64,000 bases of DNA. Source: Eledone cirrhosa. Its lineage: Eukaryota. The translations under genes and the position numbers were made by a program. This document shows positions 1-17,623 of this stretch, in pieces (the stretch's first letter is position 1; the number at the start of each line of letters is the position of its first letter). Below the pieces are notes generated by a model that did no database searches, had not been told where the DNA came from, and worked only from the letters and a program-made list of their open reading frames with translations. The DNA is taken from NCBI GenBank assembly GCA_964016885.1, contig OZ024741.1:323330001-323394000 (forward strand), read 5' to 3'.

Positions 1-812
1 ATGTAGTAATATGTAGTAATGTGTAGTAATATGTAGTAATGTGTAGTAATATGTAGTAATGTGTAGTAATGTGTAGTAATATGTAGTAATATGTAGTAAT
101 GTGTAGTAATGTGTAGTAATATGTAGTAATGTGTAGTAATATGTAGTAATGTGTAGTAATATGTAGTAATGTGTAGTAAACTGTAGTAATATGTAGTAAT
201 GTGTAGTAATATGTAGTAATGTGTAGTAATATATAGTAATGTGTAGTAATGTGTAGTAATATGTAGTAATATGTAGTAATGTGTAGTAATGTGTAGTAAT
301 ATGTAGTAATGTGTAGTAATATGTAGTAATGTGTAGCAATATGTAGTAATGTGTAGTAATGTGTAGTAATATGTAGTAATATGTAGGAATGTGTAGTAAT
401 ATGTAGTAATGTGTAGTAATGTGTAGTAATATGTCGTAATGTGTAGTAATATGTAGCAATATCTAGTAATATGTAGTAATGTGTATTAACGTGTAGTAAT
501 ATGTAGTAATGTGTAGTAATGTGTAGTAATATGTAGTAATGTGTAGTAATGTGTAGTAATATGTAGTAATGTGTAGTAATATGTAGTAATATGTAGTAAT
601 GTGTAGTAATGTGTAGTAATATGTAGTAATGTGTAGTAATGTGTAGTAATGTGTAGTAATATGTAATAATATGTAGTAATGTGTAGTAATATGTAGTAAT
701 GTGTAGTAATATGTAGTAATGTGTAGTAATATGTAGTAATGTGTAGTAATGTGTAGTAATATGTAATAATGTGTAGTAATATGTAGGAATGTGTAGTAAT
801 GTATAGTAATAT
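1..812. repeat. 10-bp satellite (GTAGTAAT[A/G]T)n, runs off window start
   Basis: Uninterrupted decamer tandem; the 'YYTLLHITTH' ORFs are its translation. Confidence 0.98.
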
Positions 813-1027
813 ACATATTTTTATATGTTACACTCTAAGAATTAACTAAGTGAAATAGCGTAAAAATAAAGGCTTCGTTGGTTTAAGCTATTTTTATAAA
901 GGATGCCACAGAATGTACGATATATAATGATTACAATATTTTTTAGCAACAACTCTAGTCCCACACTTTTGAAGGTTTATTATAACATTCTGTGGCACTT
1001 TTGAGCTTGCGCATTTTTCATGTCTAG

Positions 1028-1824
<797 letters not shown>

Positions 1825-3603
1825 GAGGAGTATACAGAGGAGTTCTTTGATGCCACAACACTACATCAAGAAATGGCAACCATCAACCACATAGACATAA
1901 CGGAGGGGGATGTGGTGTACGCCATTGATGAAATTAGAACAGACTCGGCTGCTGGACCTGATGGATTCCCAGCAGTTCTCCTAAAAATATGTAAGCGGGC
2001 CTTAGCAACTCCACTGAAGATGCTCTTCAGAAGCTCCTTGGCTAGCGGTGTACTACCCAGGGAGCTGAAAGAAGGCACAATATGCCCTATCCATAAAGGA
2101 GGTAGTAGAGCGGAGGCCAAGAACTATAGGCCAGTCTCCCTGACGTCGCATATCAGTAAGGTCATGGAGCGAGTCGTAGGAAAGAAACTAATCACTTTCC
2201 TCGAAGAAAATGACCGCCTGACTAGCACGCAACATGGCTTCCGCCCAGGAAGAAGCTGCCTTACACAGCTGCTACATCACTACGACTGGGTACTGAGACA
2301 GCTACTAGACAGCTCACATGTAGACGTGATATATCTTGACTTTGCGAAGGCCTTTGACAAGGTCGACCACGGAATGATATGTCACAAACTACACGGACTC
2401 GGCATAACTGGAAAAGTAGGTGAGTGGCTGCATGGCTTCCTGAGGGACAGAAGCCAGGCAGTCGCAGCAAATGGGGCCCTCTCGAGGGAAACACCGATAA
2501 CAAGTGGGGTGCCTCAGGGGACAGTCCTGGGACCACTACTGTTTTTGGTGGCTCTCTAGGACATGCCCTCTGTGGTGCATGCAACAACATCCCTCACTAG
2601 CTATGCTGATGACACTAAGGTAGCACAGGCAATCAAAAACCCGGCTGACGCTGCCCTCTTACAGCAGGATCTGGATGCCATATACAGATGGGCGGAAGAA
2701 AACAACATGCAGTTTAATGCTGGCAAATTTCAAGCCCTACAATACAAACCTGCAAACACAAACACAAATATAGCGGAACACAGCTACACAGGACCAGGAG
2801 GGACCGATATCCCCGTGTCAAAATCGATACGAGACCTGGGCATAGACATGAGCGATGATGCATCTTTTTCTTCACACATCATGAAGGTGGCGACAGCATG
2901 TAGACGATTCGCTGGCTGGATCTTGAGGACTTTCCTTACAAGAGATCGAGACACCATGTTGACACTGTGGAGGACTTTTGTCCTAAGCCGCCTGGACTAC
3001 TGCTCCCAGCTGTGGTCACCCCATAGTGTCAAACTAACCACAGAGCTTGAGGCAATCCAGCGAAGCTACACCAAGAGGATTGCCAAGATGAGGGAGAAGA
3101 GCTACTGGGAGAGGCTGAAGGAACTGAACCTCTACTCCTTGGAGCGAAGACGGGAGAGATACGCAGTGATCTACATGTGGAAAATCCTGGAGGGACTAGC
3201 ACCAAACTTTGGCATTGGGAGCTGGACCAACCGTCGAACAGGACGTCACTGTGTGGTGCCAAAGGTCCCGTCTTCCACATCTAGAATAAGGAGCAGGTAT
3301 TGCAATAGCCTGGGATTCAAGGGCCCTCAACTCTTCAACAGGCTGCCGAGGCATCTGCGAGACTTGCATGACGTGGAGGTGGATGTCTTTAAGAAACATC
3401 TCGACACCTTGTTATCCAGGATCCCGGATGAGCCCACAGCAAGACACGAGGGAAACCTAAGGGCAGCAGCAACAAACTCCCTCCTACACCAGTGGCCAAC
3501 CTATACAGGCTGGAGATAAAATGTGTAGCAACAAGGGCGGTGCCCCAGCATGGCCTCAGCCGGATGGCTGAAACAGGTAAAAGAGTAAAAGAGTAAAAGA
3601 GTA
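1825..3603 (+). mobile_element. 5'-truncated CR1/L2-group LINE; RT ORF with premature stop (TAG 2557-2559); ORF ends 3519; (AAAAGAGT)n tail
   Basis: [65 protein letters not shown] motifs; 8-bp repeat tail. Confidence 0.93.
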
Positions 3604-3617
3604 ATACATACATATAT

Positions 3618-3656
<39 letters not shown>

Positions 3657-3689
3657 GACTGAGATGTTGGTATACAACCAACATATACT

Positions 3690-3778
<89 letters not shown>

Positions 3779-3781
3779 CAC

Positions 3782-3816
<35 letters not shown>

Positions 3817-3842
3817 CATATATATATGTATATATATATATG

Positions 3843-3889
<47 letters not shown>

Positions 3890-3906
3890 GTATATATATA
3901 TATATG

Positions 3907-3970
<64 letters not shown>

Positions 3971-4006
3971 TATATAGATATGTATATATATATATATATA
4001 TATATA

Positions 4007-4045
<39 letters not shown>

Positions 4046-4551
4046 AAGTTGGCACCCTTAACTCACAGTTGGGTGCGGATGCATTCATGTATATATGTGT
4101 GTGTCCGCATGTATCTGTGTGTTTCTAAATGTATTAATAACTCCCTCTGGTCGAGCAATCTTTGAAGTGTGGGGACAACTGGAAAGCTTCCATTACTCAT
4201 ACTTCTCGCCTTCTTCACTACCTCTTCTACGGCCTCGATATGAATACCCCCTCCGCCTCCGTGGTATTTTTTTCGTGGTTATAAGAGGCTTAGCTCTGTT
4301 TCTCGACCGTTATATCGCGTGACTATCTCCCCCTCCGCCTTTTGGGATTCTTTCTCACGTCGTGTAGACGCGTTCTTGAGACTAGTAAAATGAGGTATCC
4401 TCTTGATAAGTCGGCAGACCTCGCAAGGACTCTATATCTTTGATATATTGTTTTTGTTTATGCCACGAAACTACGTAGTCGAGGAATTTAGGAACAGTTT
4501 AGGTATGATACATTTTATTACTAATTATATCTAAATGTTTCTTCTCTCTTC

Positions 4552-4556
<5 letters not shown>
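4046..4556 (+). mobile_element. Truncated copy of the 595-bp retrozyme-like element (family B)
   Basis: Close match to 9907-10422; both ends in (TA)n. Confidence 0.85.
4398..4485 (+). ncRNA. Type I hammerhead ribozyme, U3-A8 core variant
   Basis: Stem I TCCTC/GAGGA; core TTGATAA 4403-4409; stem II GT(C)GGCA/TGCCAC; GAAA 4467-4470; CTACGTAG; GUC cleavage after 4480. Confidence 0.85.
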
Positions 4557-4642
<86 letters not shown>

Positions 4643-4650
4643 ATATATAT

Positions 4651-4744
<94 letters not shown>

Positions 4745-4788
4745 ATATATATATATATGTATATATATATATGTATATATGTATATAT

Positions 4789-4871
<83 letters not shown>

Positions 4872-4926
4872 TATATATATATATGTATATACATATATAT
4901 ATATATATATATATACATATATATAC

Positions 4927-4981
<55 letters not shown>

Positions 4982-4992
4982 CATATATATAC

Positions 4993-5041
<49 letters not shown>

Positions 5042-5072
5042 CATATATATATATACATATATATATATATAC

Positions 5073-5140
<68 letters not shown>

Positions 5141-5156
5141 GTATATATATATATAT

Positions 5157-5250
<94 letters not shown>

Positions 5251-5264
5251 GTATATATATATAT

Positions 5265-5321
<57 letters not shown>

Positions 5322-5375
5322 CATATATATATATATATATACATATATATACATATATGTATATATATGTATATA

Positions 5376-5413
<38 letters not shown>

Positions 5414-5424
5414 CATATATATAG

Positions 5425-5471
<47 letters not shown>

Positions 5472-5477
5472 CACACA

Positions 5478-5509
<32 letters not shown>

Positions 5510-5514
5510 CACAC

Positions 5515-5545
<31 letters not shown>

Positions 5546-5578
5546 GACTGAGATGTTGGTATACAACCAACATATACT

Positions 5579-5649
<71 letters not shown>

Positions 5650-5652
5650 CAC

Positions 5653-5685
<33 letters not shown>

Positions 5686-5697
5686 CATATATATATG

Positions 5698-5746
<49 letters not shown>

Positions 5747-5807
5747 GTATATATATATGTATATATATATATATGTATATATATATATGTACATATATAT
5801 ATATATG

Positions 5808-5839
<32 letters not shown>

Positions 5840-5863
5840 TATAGATATGTATATATATATATA

Positions 5864-5955
<92 letters not shown>

Positions 5956-5969
5956 GATATATATATATA

Positions 5970-6010
<41 letters not shown>

Positions 6011-6018
6011 ATATATAT

Positions 6019-6088
<70 letters not shown>

Positions 6089-6118
6089 GTATATATATAT
6101 ATGTATATATATATATAT

Positions 6119-6200
<82 letters not shown>

Positions 6201-6237
6201 GTATATATATATATACACACACATATATATATATATG

Positions 6238-6275
<38 letters not shown>

Positions 6276-6280
6276 TATAC

Positions 6281-6335
<55 letters not shown>

Positions 6336-6378
6336 CATATATATACATATATATATATATATGTATATATATCTATAT

Positions 6379-6452
<74 letters not shown>

Positions 6453-6468
6453 GTATATATATATATAT

Positions 6469-6608
<140 letters not shown>

Positions 6609-6624
6609 GTATATATATATATAT

Positions 6625-6707
<83 letters not shown>

Positions 6708-6712
6708 TATAC

Positions 6713-6827
<115 letters not shown>

Positions 6828-6856
6828 CATATATATATATACATATATATATATAC

Positions 6857-6945
<89 letters not shown>

Positions 6946-6976
6946 CATATATATATATATGTATATATATATATAC

Positions 6977-7057
<81 letters not shown>

Positions 7058-7064
7058 TATATAT

Positions 7065-7113
<49 letters not shown>

Positions 7114-7114
7114 C

Positions 7115-7175
<61 letters not shown>

Positions 7176-7571
7176 CGATATTAAATAAATGGAAACTATA
7201 TTTATAAAACCATATTTATTTCATTATATATATTTCAGGGATGTCATATTAACAATATGCTATGCCTTCCTCAGACAAAATACAATATAGACAGTTTTAT
7301 AGATAAATAGATTTGACATACCGTTCAACATCGACTTGTATTTGAAAAGTTGATTTGGCAGTGAAAAAATTGTAAACAGAAAGAAAGAAAGAGAGAAAAA
7401 AGGAAAGAAAGAAAAGAAAGAAAGAAAACGAAGAAAAAGAAGAAAAAGAAGAAAAAGAAGAAATGCATGGAACAAAATAGAGAGATGGAGAGATAGATAA
7501 AGAGAAGAACTTCATGTAAAGAAACAGAGAGAGATATATATAGATAGAGGAAATAGATAGAGATAGATATA
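7176..7571 (-). mobile_element. Family A element, inverted copy; HHR at 7217-7282 (-)
   Basis: Reverse complement of 1028-1414 with one extra 9-bp GAAGAAAAA unit. Confidence 0.75.
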
Positions 7572-7759
7572 TATAGAGAAAAGTAGGTAGTTGGACATCC
7601 ATTGAATAAACGTATCAATGATACATTTATTTATTTATTTATTTATTTAGCTCTAGTATTAATGTAAGGGAGATATATGTGGTTAGGAGAGAGACCAGCT
7701 GTTATATAGAGAGAAAAATGAAAAGTAACCAGACATAGGCGAGGCATAAAAACCCTATG

Positions 7760-9038
<1,279 letters not shown>

Positions 9039-9199
9039 GGAGGAGGTTATAGTTCACTTGAAGCATTGTGTAATGAGGTATAAACGTTTGAATATGTGTA
9101 ATAAGGCCAAGACAATGCAGGTATGGACATAGAAAAAAGAATGCAATAGTGAAAGATATTGATGTGAATTCGTCTTTCACCTTGAATTTATTTAAATGT

Positions 9200-9234
9200 C
9201 CTTAATTTTCGAGATAATATCTCTTCTTCGGAGG
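9200..9234 (-). ncRNA. Minimal hammerhead-like motif, CCGAAGA core
   Basis: Mirror of 9305-9339. Confidence 0.55.
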
Positions 9235-9304
9235 GAAGTAAAGGTCTCAAACCAGCGTCTTTAAATCTCGAGATTTAAAGACGCTGGTTTGAGACCTTTA
9301 CTTC

Positions 9305-9339
9305 CCTCCGAAGAAGAGATATTATCTCGAAAATTAAGG
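9305..9339 (+). ncRNA. Minimal hammerhead-like motif, CCGAAGA core
   Basis: Stem I CCT/AGG; CCGAAGA 9308-9314; stem II GAGAT/ATCTC; GAAA 9329-9332; AT; UA. Confidence 0.55.
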
Positions 9340-9453
9340 ACATTTAAATAAATTCAAGGTGAAAGACGAATTCACATCAATATCTTTCACTATTGCATTC
9401 TTTTTTCTATGTCCATACCTGCATTGTCTTGGCCTTATTACACATATTCAAAC

Positions 9454-9498
<45 letters not shown>

Positions 9499-9666
9499 CA
9501 TATATATATATATACACGAATTTTCTTTCGTGGTATTTTCTTCGGGGTTATAAGAGGCTTAGCTCTGTTTCTCGACCGTTATATCGCGTGACTATCTCCC
9601 CCTCCGCCTTTTGGGATTCTTTCTCACGTCGTGTAGACGCGTTCTTGAGACTAGTAAAATGAGGTA

Positions 9667-9756
9667 TCCTCTTGATAAGTCGGCAGACCTCGCAAGGACT
9701 CTATATATTTATGATATATTGTTTTTGTTTATGCCACGAAACTACGTAGTCGAGGA
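9667..9756 (+). ncRNA. Type I hammerhead ribozyme, U3-A8 core
   Basis: TCCTC TTGATAA GTCGGCA..TGCCAC GAAA CTACGTAG TC GAGGA; cleavage after 9751. Confidence 0.85.
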
Positions 9757-10261
9757 ATTTAGGAGCAGTTTAGGTATGATACATTTTATTACTAATTATA
9801 TCTAAATGTTTCTTCTCTCTTCATAATGTATTTTTAACTCTGATACTGGTTCAGTCTAGTTCAACTGAATTGGTCTGTCCCAGTCATTCATTGAGCAACA
9901 TCGGTGAAGTTGGCACCCTTAACTCACAGTTGGGTGCGGATGCATTCATGTATATATGTGTGTGTCCGCGTGTATCTGTGTGTTTCTAAATATATTGTTA
10001 ATAACTCCCTCTGGTCGAGCAATCTTTGAGGTGTGGGGACAGCCGGAAAGCTTCCATTACTCATACTTCTCGCCTTCTTCACCACCTCTTCTACGGCCTC
10101 GATATAAATACCCCCTCCGCCTCCGTGGTATTTTCTTCGGGGTTATAAGAGGCTTAGCTCTGTTTCTCGACCGTTATATCGCGTGACTATCTCCCCCTCC
10201 GCCTTTTGGGATTCTTTCTCACGTCGTGTAGACGCGTTCTTGAGACTAGTAAAATGAGGTA

Positions 10262-10351
10262 TCCTCTTGATAAGTCGGCAGACCTCGCAAGGACTCTATA
10301 TATTTATGATATATTGTTTTTGTTTATGCCACGAAACTACGTAGTCGAGGA
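10262..10351 (+). ncRNA. Type I hammerhead ribozyme, U3-A8 core
   Basis: Same motif as 9667-9756; cleavage after 10346. Confidence 0.85.
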
Positions 10352-10420
10352 ATTTAGGAGCAGTTTAGGTATGATACATTTTATTACTAATTATATCTAA
10401 ATGTTTCTTCTCTCTTCATA

Positions 10421-12343
<1,923 letters not shown>

Positions 12344-12347
<4 letters not shown>

Positions 12348-13355
12348 TGCAACAACATCCCTCACTAGCTATGCTGATGACACTAAGGTAGCACAGGCAA
12401 TCAAAAACCCGGCTGACGCTGCCTTTTTACAGCAGGATCTGAATGCCATATACAGATGGGCGGAAGAAAACAACATGCAGTTTAATGCTCTCAAATTCCA
12501 AGCCCTACAATACAAACCTGCAAACACAAATATAGTGGAACACAGCTACACTGGACCAGGAGGGACCGATATCGCCGTGTCAAAATCGATACGAGACCTG
12601 GGCATAGACATGAGCGATGATGCATCTTTTTCTTCACACATCATGAAAGTTGCGACAACATGCAGACGACTCGCTGGCTGGATCTTGAGGACTTTCCTTA
12701 CAAGAGATCGAGACACCATGTTGACACTGTGGAGGACTTTTGTCCTAAGCCGCCTGGACTACTGCTCCCAGTTGTGGTCACCCCATAGTGTCAGACTAAC
12801 CACGGAGCTTGAGGCAATCCAGCGAAGCTACACCAAGAGGATTGCCAAGATGAGGGAGACAAGCTACTGGGAGAGGCTAAAGGAACTGAACCTCTACTCC
12901 TTGGAGGGAAGACGGGAGAGATACGCAGTGATCTACATGTGGAAAATCCTGGAGGGACTAGCGCCAAACTTTGGCATTGTGAGCTGGACCAACCGTCGAA
13001 CAGGACGTCACTGTGTGGTGCCAAAGGTCCCGTCTTCCACATCTAGAATAAGGAGCAGGTATTGCAATAGCCTGGTATTCAAGGGCCCTCAACTCTTCAA
13101 CAGGCTGCCGAGGCATCTGAGAGACTTGCATGACGTGGAGGGGGATGTCTTTAAGAAACATCTCGACACCTTGCTATCCAGGATCCCGGATGAGTCCACA
13201 GTAAGACACGAGGGAAACCTAAGGGCAGCAGCAACAAACTCCCTCCTGCACCAGTGGCCAACCTATACAGGCTGGAGATAAAATGTGTAGCAACAAGGGC
13301 GGTGCCCCAGCATGGCCTCAGCCGGATGGCTGAAACAGGTAAAAGAGTAAAAGAG

Positions 13356-13356
<1 letters not shown>
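12344..13356 (+). mobile_element. Second, more truncated copy of the CR1/L2-group LINE (ORF stop 13281)
   Basis: Highly similar to 2577-3603 ([20 protein letters not shown] tail). Confidence 0.93.
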
Positions 13357-13383
<27 letters not shown>

Positions 13384-13386
<3 letters not shown>

Positions 13387-14305
13387 AGTATATGTTGGTT
13401 GTATACCAACATCTCAGTATGCAGTTGGAGCAGTCGACGAAGTGCGCAGGTTGGTTTGGTTACTCCGGAGCAAGTACATCTGACCTCTACGCTTATTTTG
13501 GTAGACCCCCCCCCACCACCACAACGGGAGATGGTGGCAGGAGGGATGAAGAAACACACACACAGATACTTCTAAATTGTCAGCAGCAGCAAGACATAAG
13601 CCGACCACAACACCAACAACACTACCAAAATAAGTGTAGAGGTCAGATGTACTTAACAATAGCAAACACAAACACTACAGGGAGCCTCACCCCAGAAAGA
13701 ATTTCTATAGACTTTGGACTGAGGAATGCTCTCAAAACTGACCAATGGGAAGTTTGACCTTACAAATCTTTATAACATTGAGATGGGTATAACACACACA
13801 CACACATTTTATTCGATTATTTTATTTTATTTTGTTCCTTTACCATCTTATTCCTTCTACCACTTTATCAATTTTTTTTTTTGAGCTGACTCCAACAACA
13901 ACACCACTACCAACATAAGAATAGAGGTCAGATGTACCTAACAATAACAAGAACAACAACTACAGATTGGCTTGCCTCAGAACGAATTTCTATAGACTTT
14001 TGACTGAGGAATGTTCTAACAACTGACCAATGAGAGGAGAAGAGGCCCTTTGACGCTGAAATTCATTTGTTTAAATTCATATGATTCCAGTTCCTCAGTG
14101 AAATAACAACCCAACCAGGAACTGGGCATATCAGAGTATTGACAAAGTTATACGCCTCAACAACATGTGTACTCGTCTCTACCACACTAATTCGGACTGC
14201 CTGAAGAGGTCACAGCCAAAGACGGTTGTCACCGAAATATATATAACAGTAATAAACGAAGCCAAATTTTAAACATTTGACTTATTTATTTTATTTTATT
14301 TTATA
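13384..14305 (+). mobile_element. PLE-derived-like element (family D) with internal ~135-bp diverged direct repeat and 3' HHR
   Basis: TA-flanked; repeat at ~13615-13750 and ~13900-14035; HHR at 14196. Confidence 0.6.
14196..14250 (+). ncRNA. Type I hammerhead ribozyme
   Basis: Stem I ACTG/CAGT; CTGAAGA 14201-14207; stem II GGTcACAGCC/GGTTGTcACC; GAAA 14234-14237; TATATA; UA; followed by AATAAA. Confidence 0.8.
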
Positions 14306-15007
<702 letters not shown>

Positions 15008-16151
15008 TAAATTTAGTCCTTCATCAGTGATCTTCCAACCTTCATTGGTATTTCATCGCTTTAAAGACCATATACCTCCGGTTGGTGCGAGCAACGGCTA
15101 AAGAAAGTCGTTGGGACACGTAAATAGGGGGAACGAGCGAGACAGTAAACAATCAAAGATGGTAATGCAACGAAAAGTGAGGAAGAAGGCGTCAAGTCCC
15201 TGAAATCGATGAACATAAGTTCTGTGAAATCGTGGACGAGAGCGAATAAAGACCATACGACCTGGTCAAAGTGTGAGTGAGGAAAGAATCTCGCACAGGT
15301 CAAACGGGAGGAAGTAGGAGAGGGAGTAGCAGAGAGTGAGTGAGTGAAAGTGTGAGGAAGAGGCTAACAGAGAGAGTGACTGTTAGAGGAGGTAAAAGGA
15401 AGTGAGAGATACAGAGAAAAGGGGAAGCAGTAAGAAAGAAACAGACGGGTCACAGCGGAGGAAATTATATATGAATATGAAAACATGGCGTGCTGCGTGG
15501 TTGAAAATGGGTTACATATGAATAAATTTAGTCCTTCAATAATATATATATATATATTATTATTATCATTATTATCTCCCTATTAGTGGAGTAATGAGAG
15601 TAAGTTAAACAATTTTTCACTTTTTTATTGTGTTTTTATTTTGATATGCGCTCTAATTCATGCTATTAATTTTATCTCTCACTCTTCTAAGTTGTGAAAT
15701 AGACTGGTTTTTACCCACGCCGCTGCCGCATTCCAGCTCGCTACTATATCGCTCTATAATAGATAATCGCATTTAAAGCCCGTTAAAGGTTCTTGGCACT
15801 ACCATTGTTACTATCGCTTTCCTCTAGCCATGGGACTTGGAGACATGAGCCGAATGCTACCATTCTATTATACATCGATGTGGGACTGCTATTTCTAATA
15901 ACCATCATTTCACCTCTTAATAATTTATGTGTGCGACACGTTGGCTGAGAGTTTTTGACGGGAACGAAAAGATTGGTTTTCTATTCTCCCGCCACTACGT
16001 AAAATTTGTAAATCGGTGGCTAGTCGAGGGACAGAGTTGTATAGGATTCCAGTTGCTAATCGCTTTACCGTGTCGGTTGTCACAAACAGTCATAACCGGC
16101 ATGGGCTGGGGTTTGGATTCTGTCGATCGATTGGTTATTGATTAGGCGATA

Positions 16152-16262
16152 CCCGCTGATGAAGCCGCATAAGCTGATTGTGCATTGTTGCATAATATAT
16201 GCAGACGGATGGTGCAGTGCACCTTACTGCTGCATTAAGTGCGGCCGAAACTCAAGTCCGGG
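16152..16262 (+). ncRNA. Type I hammerhead ribozyme with long branched stem II
   Basis: Stem I CCCG/CGGG; CTGATGA 16156-16162; stem II GCCGCA/TGCGGC; GAAA 16247-16250; C-TCAA-G; GUC cleavage after 16258. Confidence 0.8.
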
Positions 16263-16967
16263 AACTATTATAGGCACCCGTTTTACGTGCGTTGTATTGA
16301 AGCAAATAACTATGTGTATACTCTGGGAATGTATCTTACATTCCCCATTGAGTACGCTGAGATACAACCGGTCCTGGCATTGATAAATATGCTGAGTCCG
16401 TCAATTCCTTATATATATATATGGAGATTGCTCTAACTTTACAGGTGATTGCCGTCTTTTACTGATCCTTCGATCTCACAAAATAGAATGACAAATGAGA
16501 ATATCGTAAAAGGGACATCTTAATTTCGTTGGATTATAGTTATAAACGCTTCTGCGACACGAGTATCATTCTATAAGTCTCAGTAATTATTATTTAATGG
16601 CAAGCCTAAGCAAGATGATCAGCAACCACGTAAACAACAGGTTTAACTTCAGAAGAAATGCCGTGGGTCTTTCATTCTTAGTGAATATAGAAAATACTTT
16701 TACAGGACTAGAACTGTCTCATTCTTTTGAAAATTATTCTTCACACACACACACGCATATATATATATTAACCTGTTAGTTCTTTCGTTACTTTGGTAAT
16801 GTGAAGTTGGGTTTTGCCTACCGCAATGTTCAATTTGTCAAGCTATTTAAACGTATGTTATTACTCTAAGGACCTACCCTTATTGAGTGCTTTGCTAACT
16901 CATTGCTATTGTAGGTCGACTTTGCTTGGCCACAGCCAAAGCTTCGATTTTACTAAGTTTCCACTTG

Positions 16968-17035
<68 letters not shown>

Positions 17036-17094
17036 TGTTGCAGCATATGTACAAACTTTATTGGCATATTACAGTTGTTTTGACACATAAACTC

Positions 17095-17183
17095 GCATAT
17101 CTGACGAAATGTCGAAAAAGAGCCGCGTCTCCTCATTTTGATTCTAACCTGAGCTGATCTATATCGAAACAATTATAATATGC
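17095..17183 (+). ncRNA. Type I hammerhead ribozyme (slightly decayed) overlapping a 49-bp inverted repeat
   Basis: Stem I GCATAT/ATATGC; CTGACGA 17101-17107; ATGT/ATAT stem II base; GAAA 17166-17169; CAATTA; UA. Confidence 0.65.
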
Positions 17184-17228
17184 CAATAAAATTTGTATAT
17201 ATGCTGCAACACTGACTTCGATTCTACT

Positions 17229-17326
<98 letters not shown>

Positions 17327-17418
17327 CGAGGGAATTGTGGTAAGGAACCAGGTGGACCATAACGCACCAGAGTACTCAATACTTAGGGTAGTAGAGTGGG
17401 GGATAGGAAAAGGTATGA

Positions 17419-17512
17419 CCCCGACGGCAGAGCTCAAGCCGTTTCGACGGCTATTTCAGGACTAAATTAGAATTTTTAGCCTGGTAAATAAATAGCCGAA
17501 CTTATCAAGGGG
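17419..17512 (-). ncRNA. Type I hammerhead ribozyme, U3-A8 core
   Basis: On minus strand: CCCC TTGATAA G..GGCTATTT..AAATAGCC GTC GAAA CGGC TTGAGCTCT GCCG TC GGGG. Confidence 0.85.
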
Positions 17513-17529
17513 AACTTATATTGGAAGTT

Positions 17530-17623
17530 CCCCTTGATAAGTTCGGCTATTTATTTACCAGGCTAAAAGTTCTAATTTAGTCCTGAAATAGCCGTCGAAA
17601 CGGCTTGAGCTCTGCCGTCGGTG
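17530..17623 (+). ncRNA. Type I hammerhead ribozyme, U3-A8 core (one stem I mismatch)
   Basis: CCCC TTGATAA 17534-17540; GAAA 17597-17600; stem III CGGC/GCCG; GUC; GGTG. Confidence 0.8.

Larger units (their letters stand above)
9084..9455. repeat. Zero-spacer 372-bp palindrome (centre CTC|GAG 9269/9270) with divergent family C HHRs
   Basis: 186-bp arms complementary as read by eye. Confidence 0.93.
9529..10426 (+). mobile_element. Retrozyme-like element: 303-bp direct repeats (9529-9831, 10124-10426) each with an HHR, 292-bp unique centre, period 595 bp
   Basis: Apparently identical direct repeats, no credible ORF, flanked by (TA)n. Confidence 0.85.

Noticed and set aside
904-996. 13-bp inverted repeat TGCCACAGAATGT/ACATTCTGTGGCA
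   Set aside because: No TSD or second copy to support a MITE call
13720-14080. CTGAGGA motifs and a possible GIY-YIG-like peptide (IDF..W..KR..AEIH)
   Set aside because: No matching GAAA or stems; peptide similarity too weak
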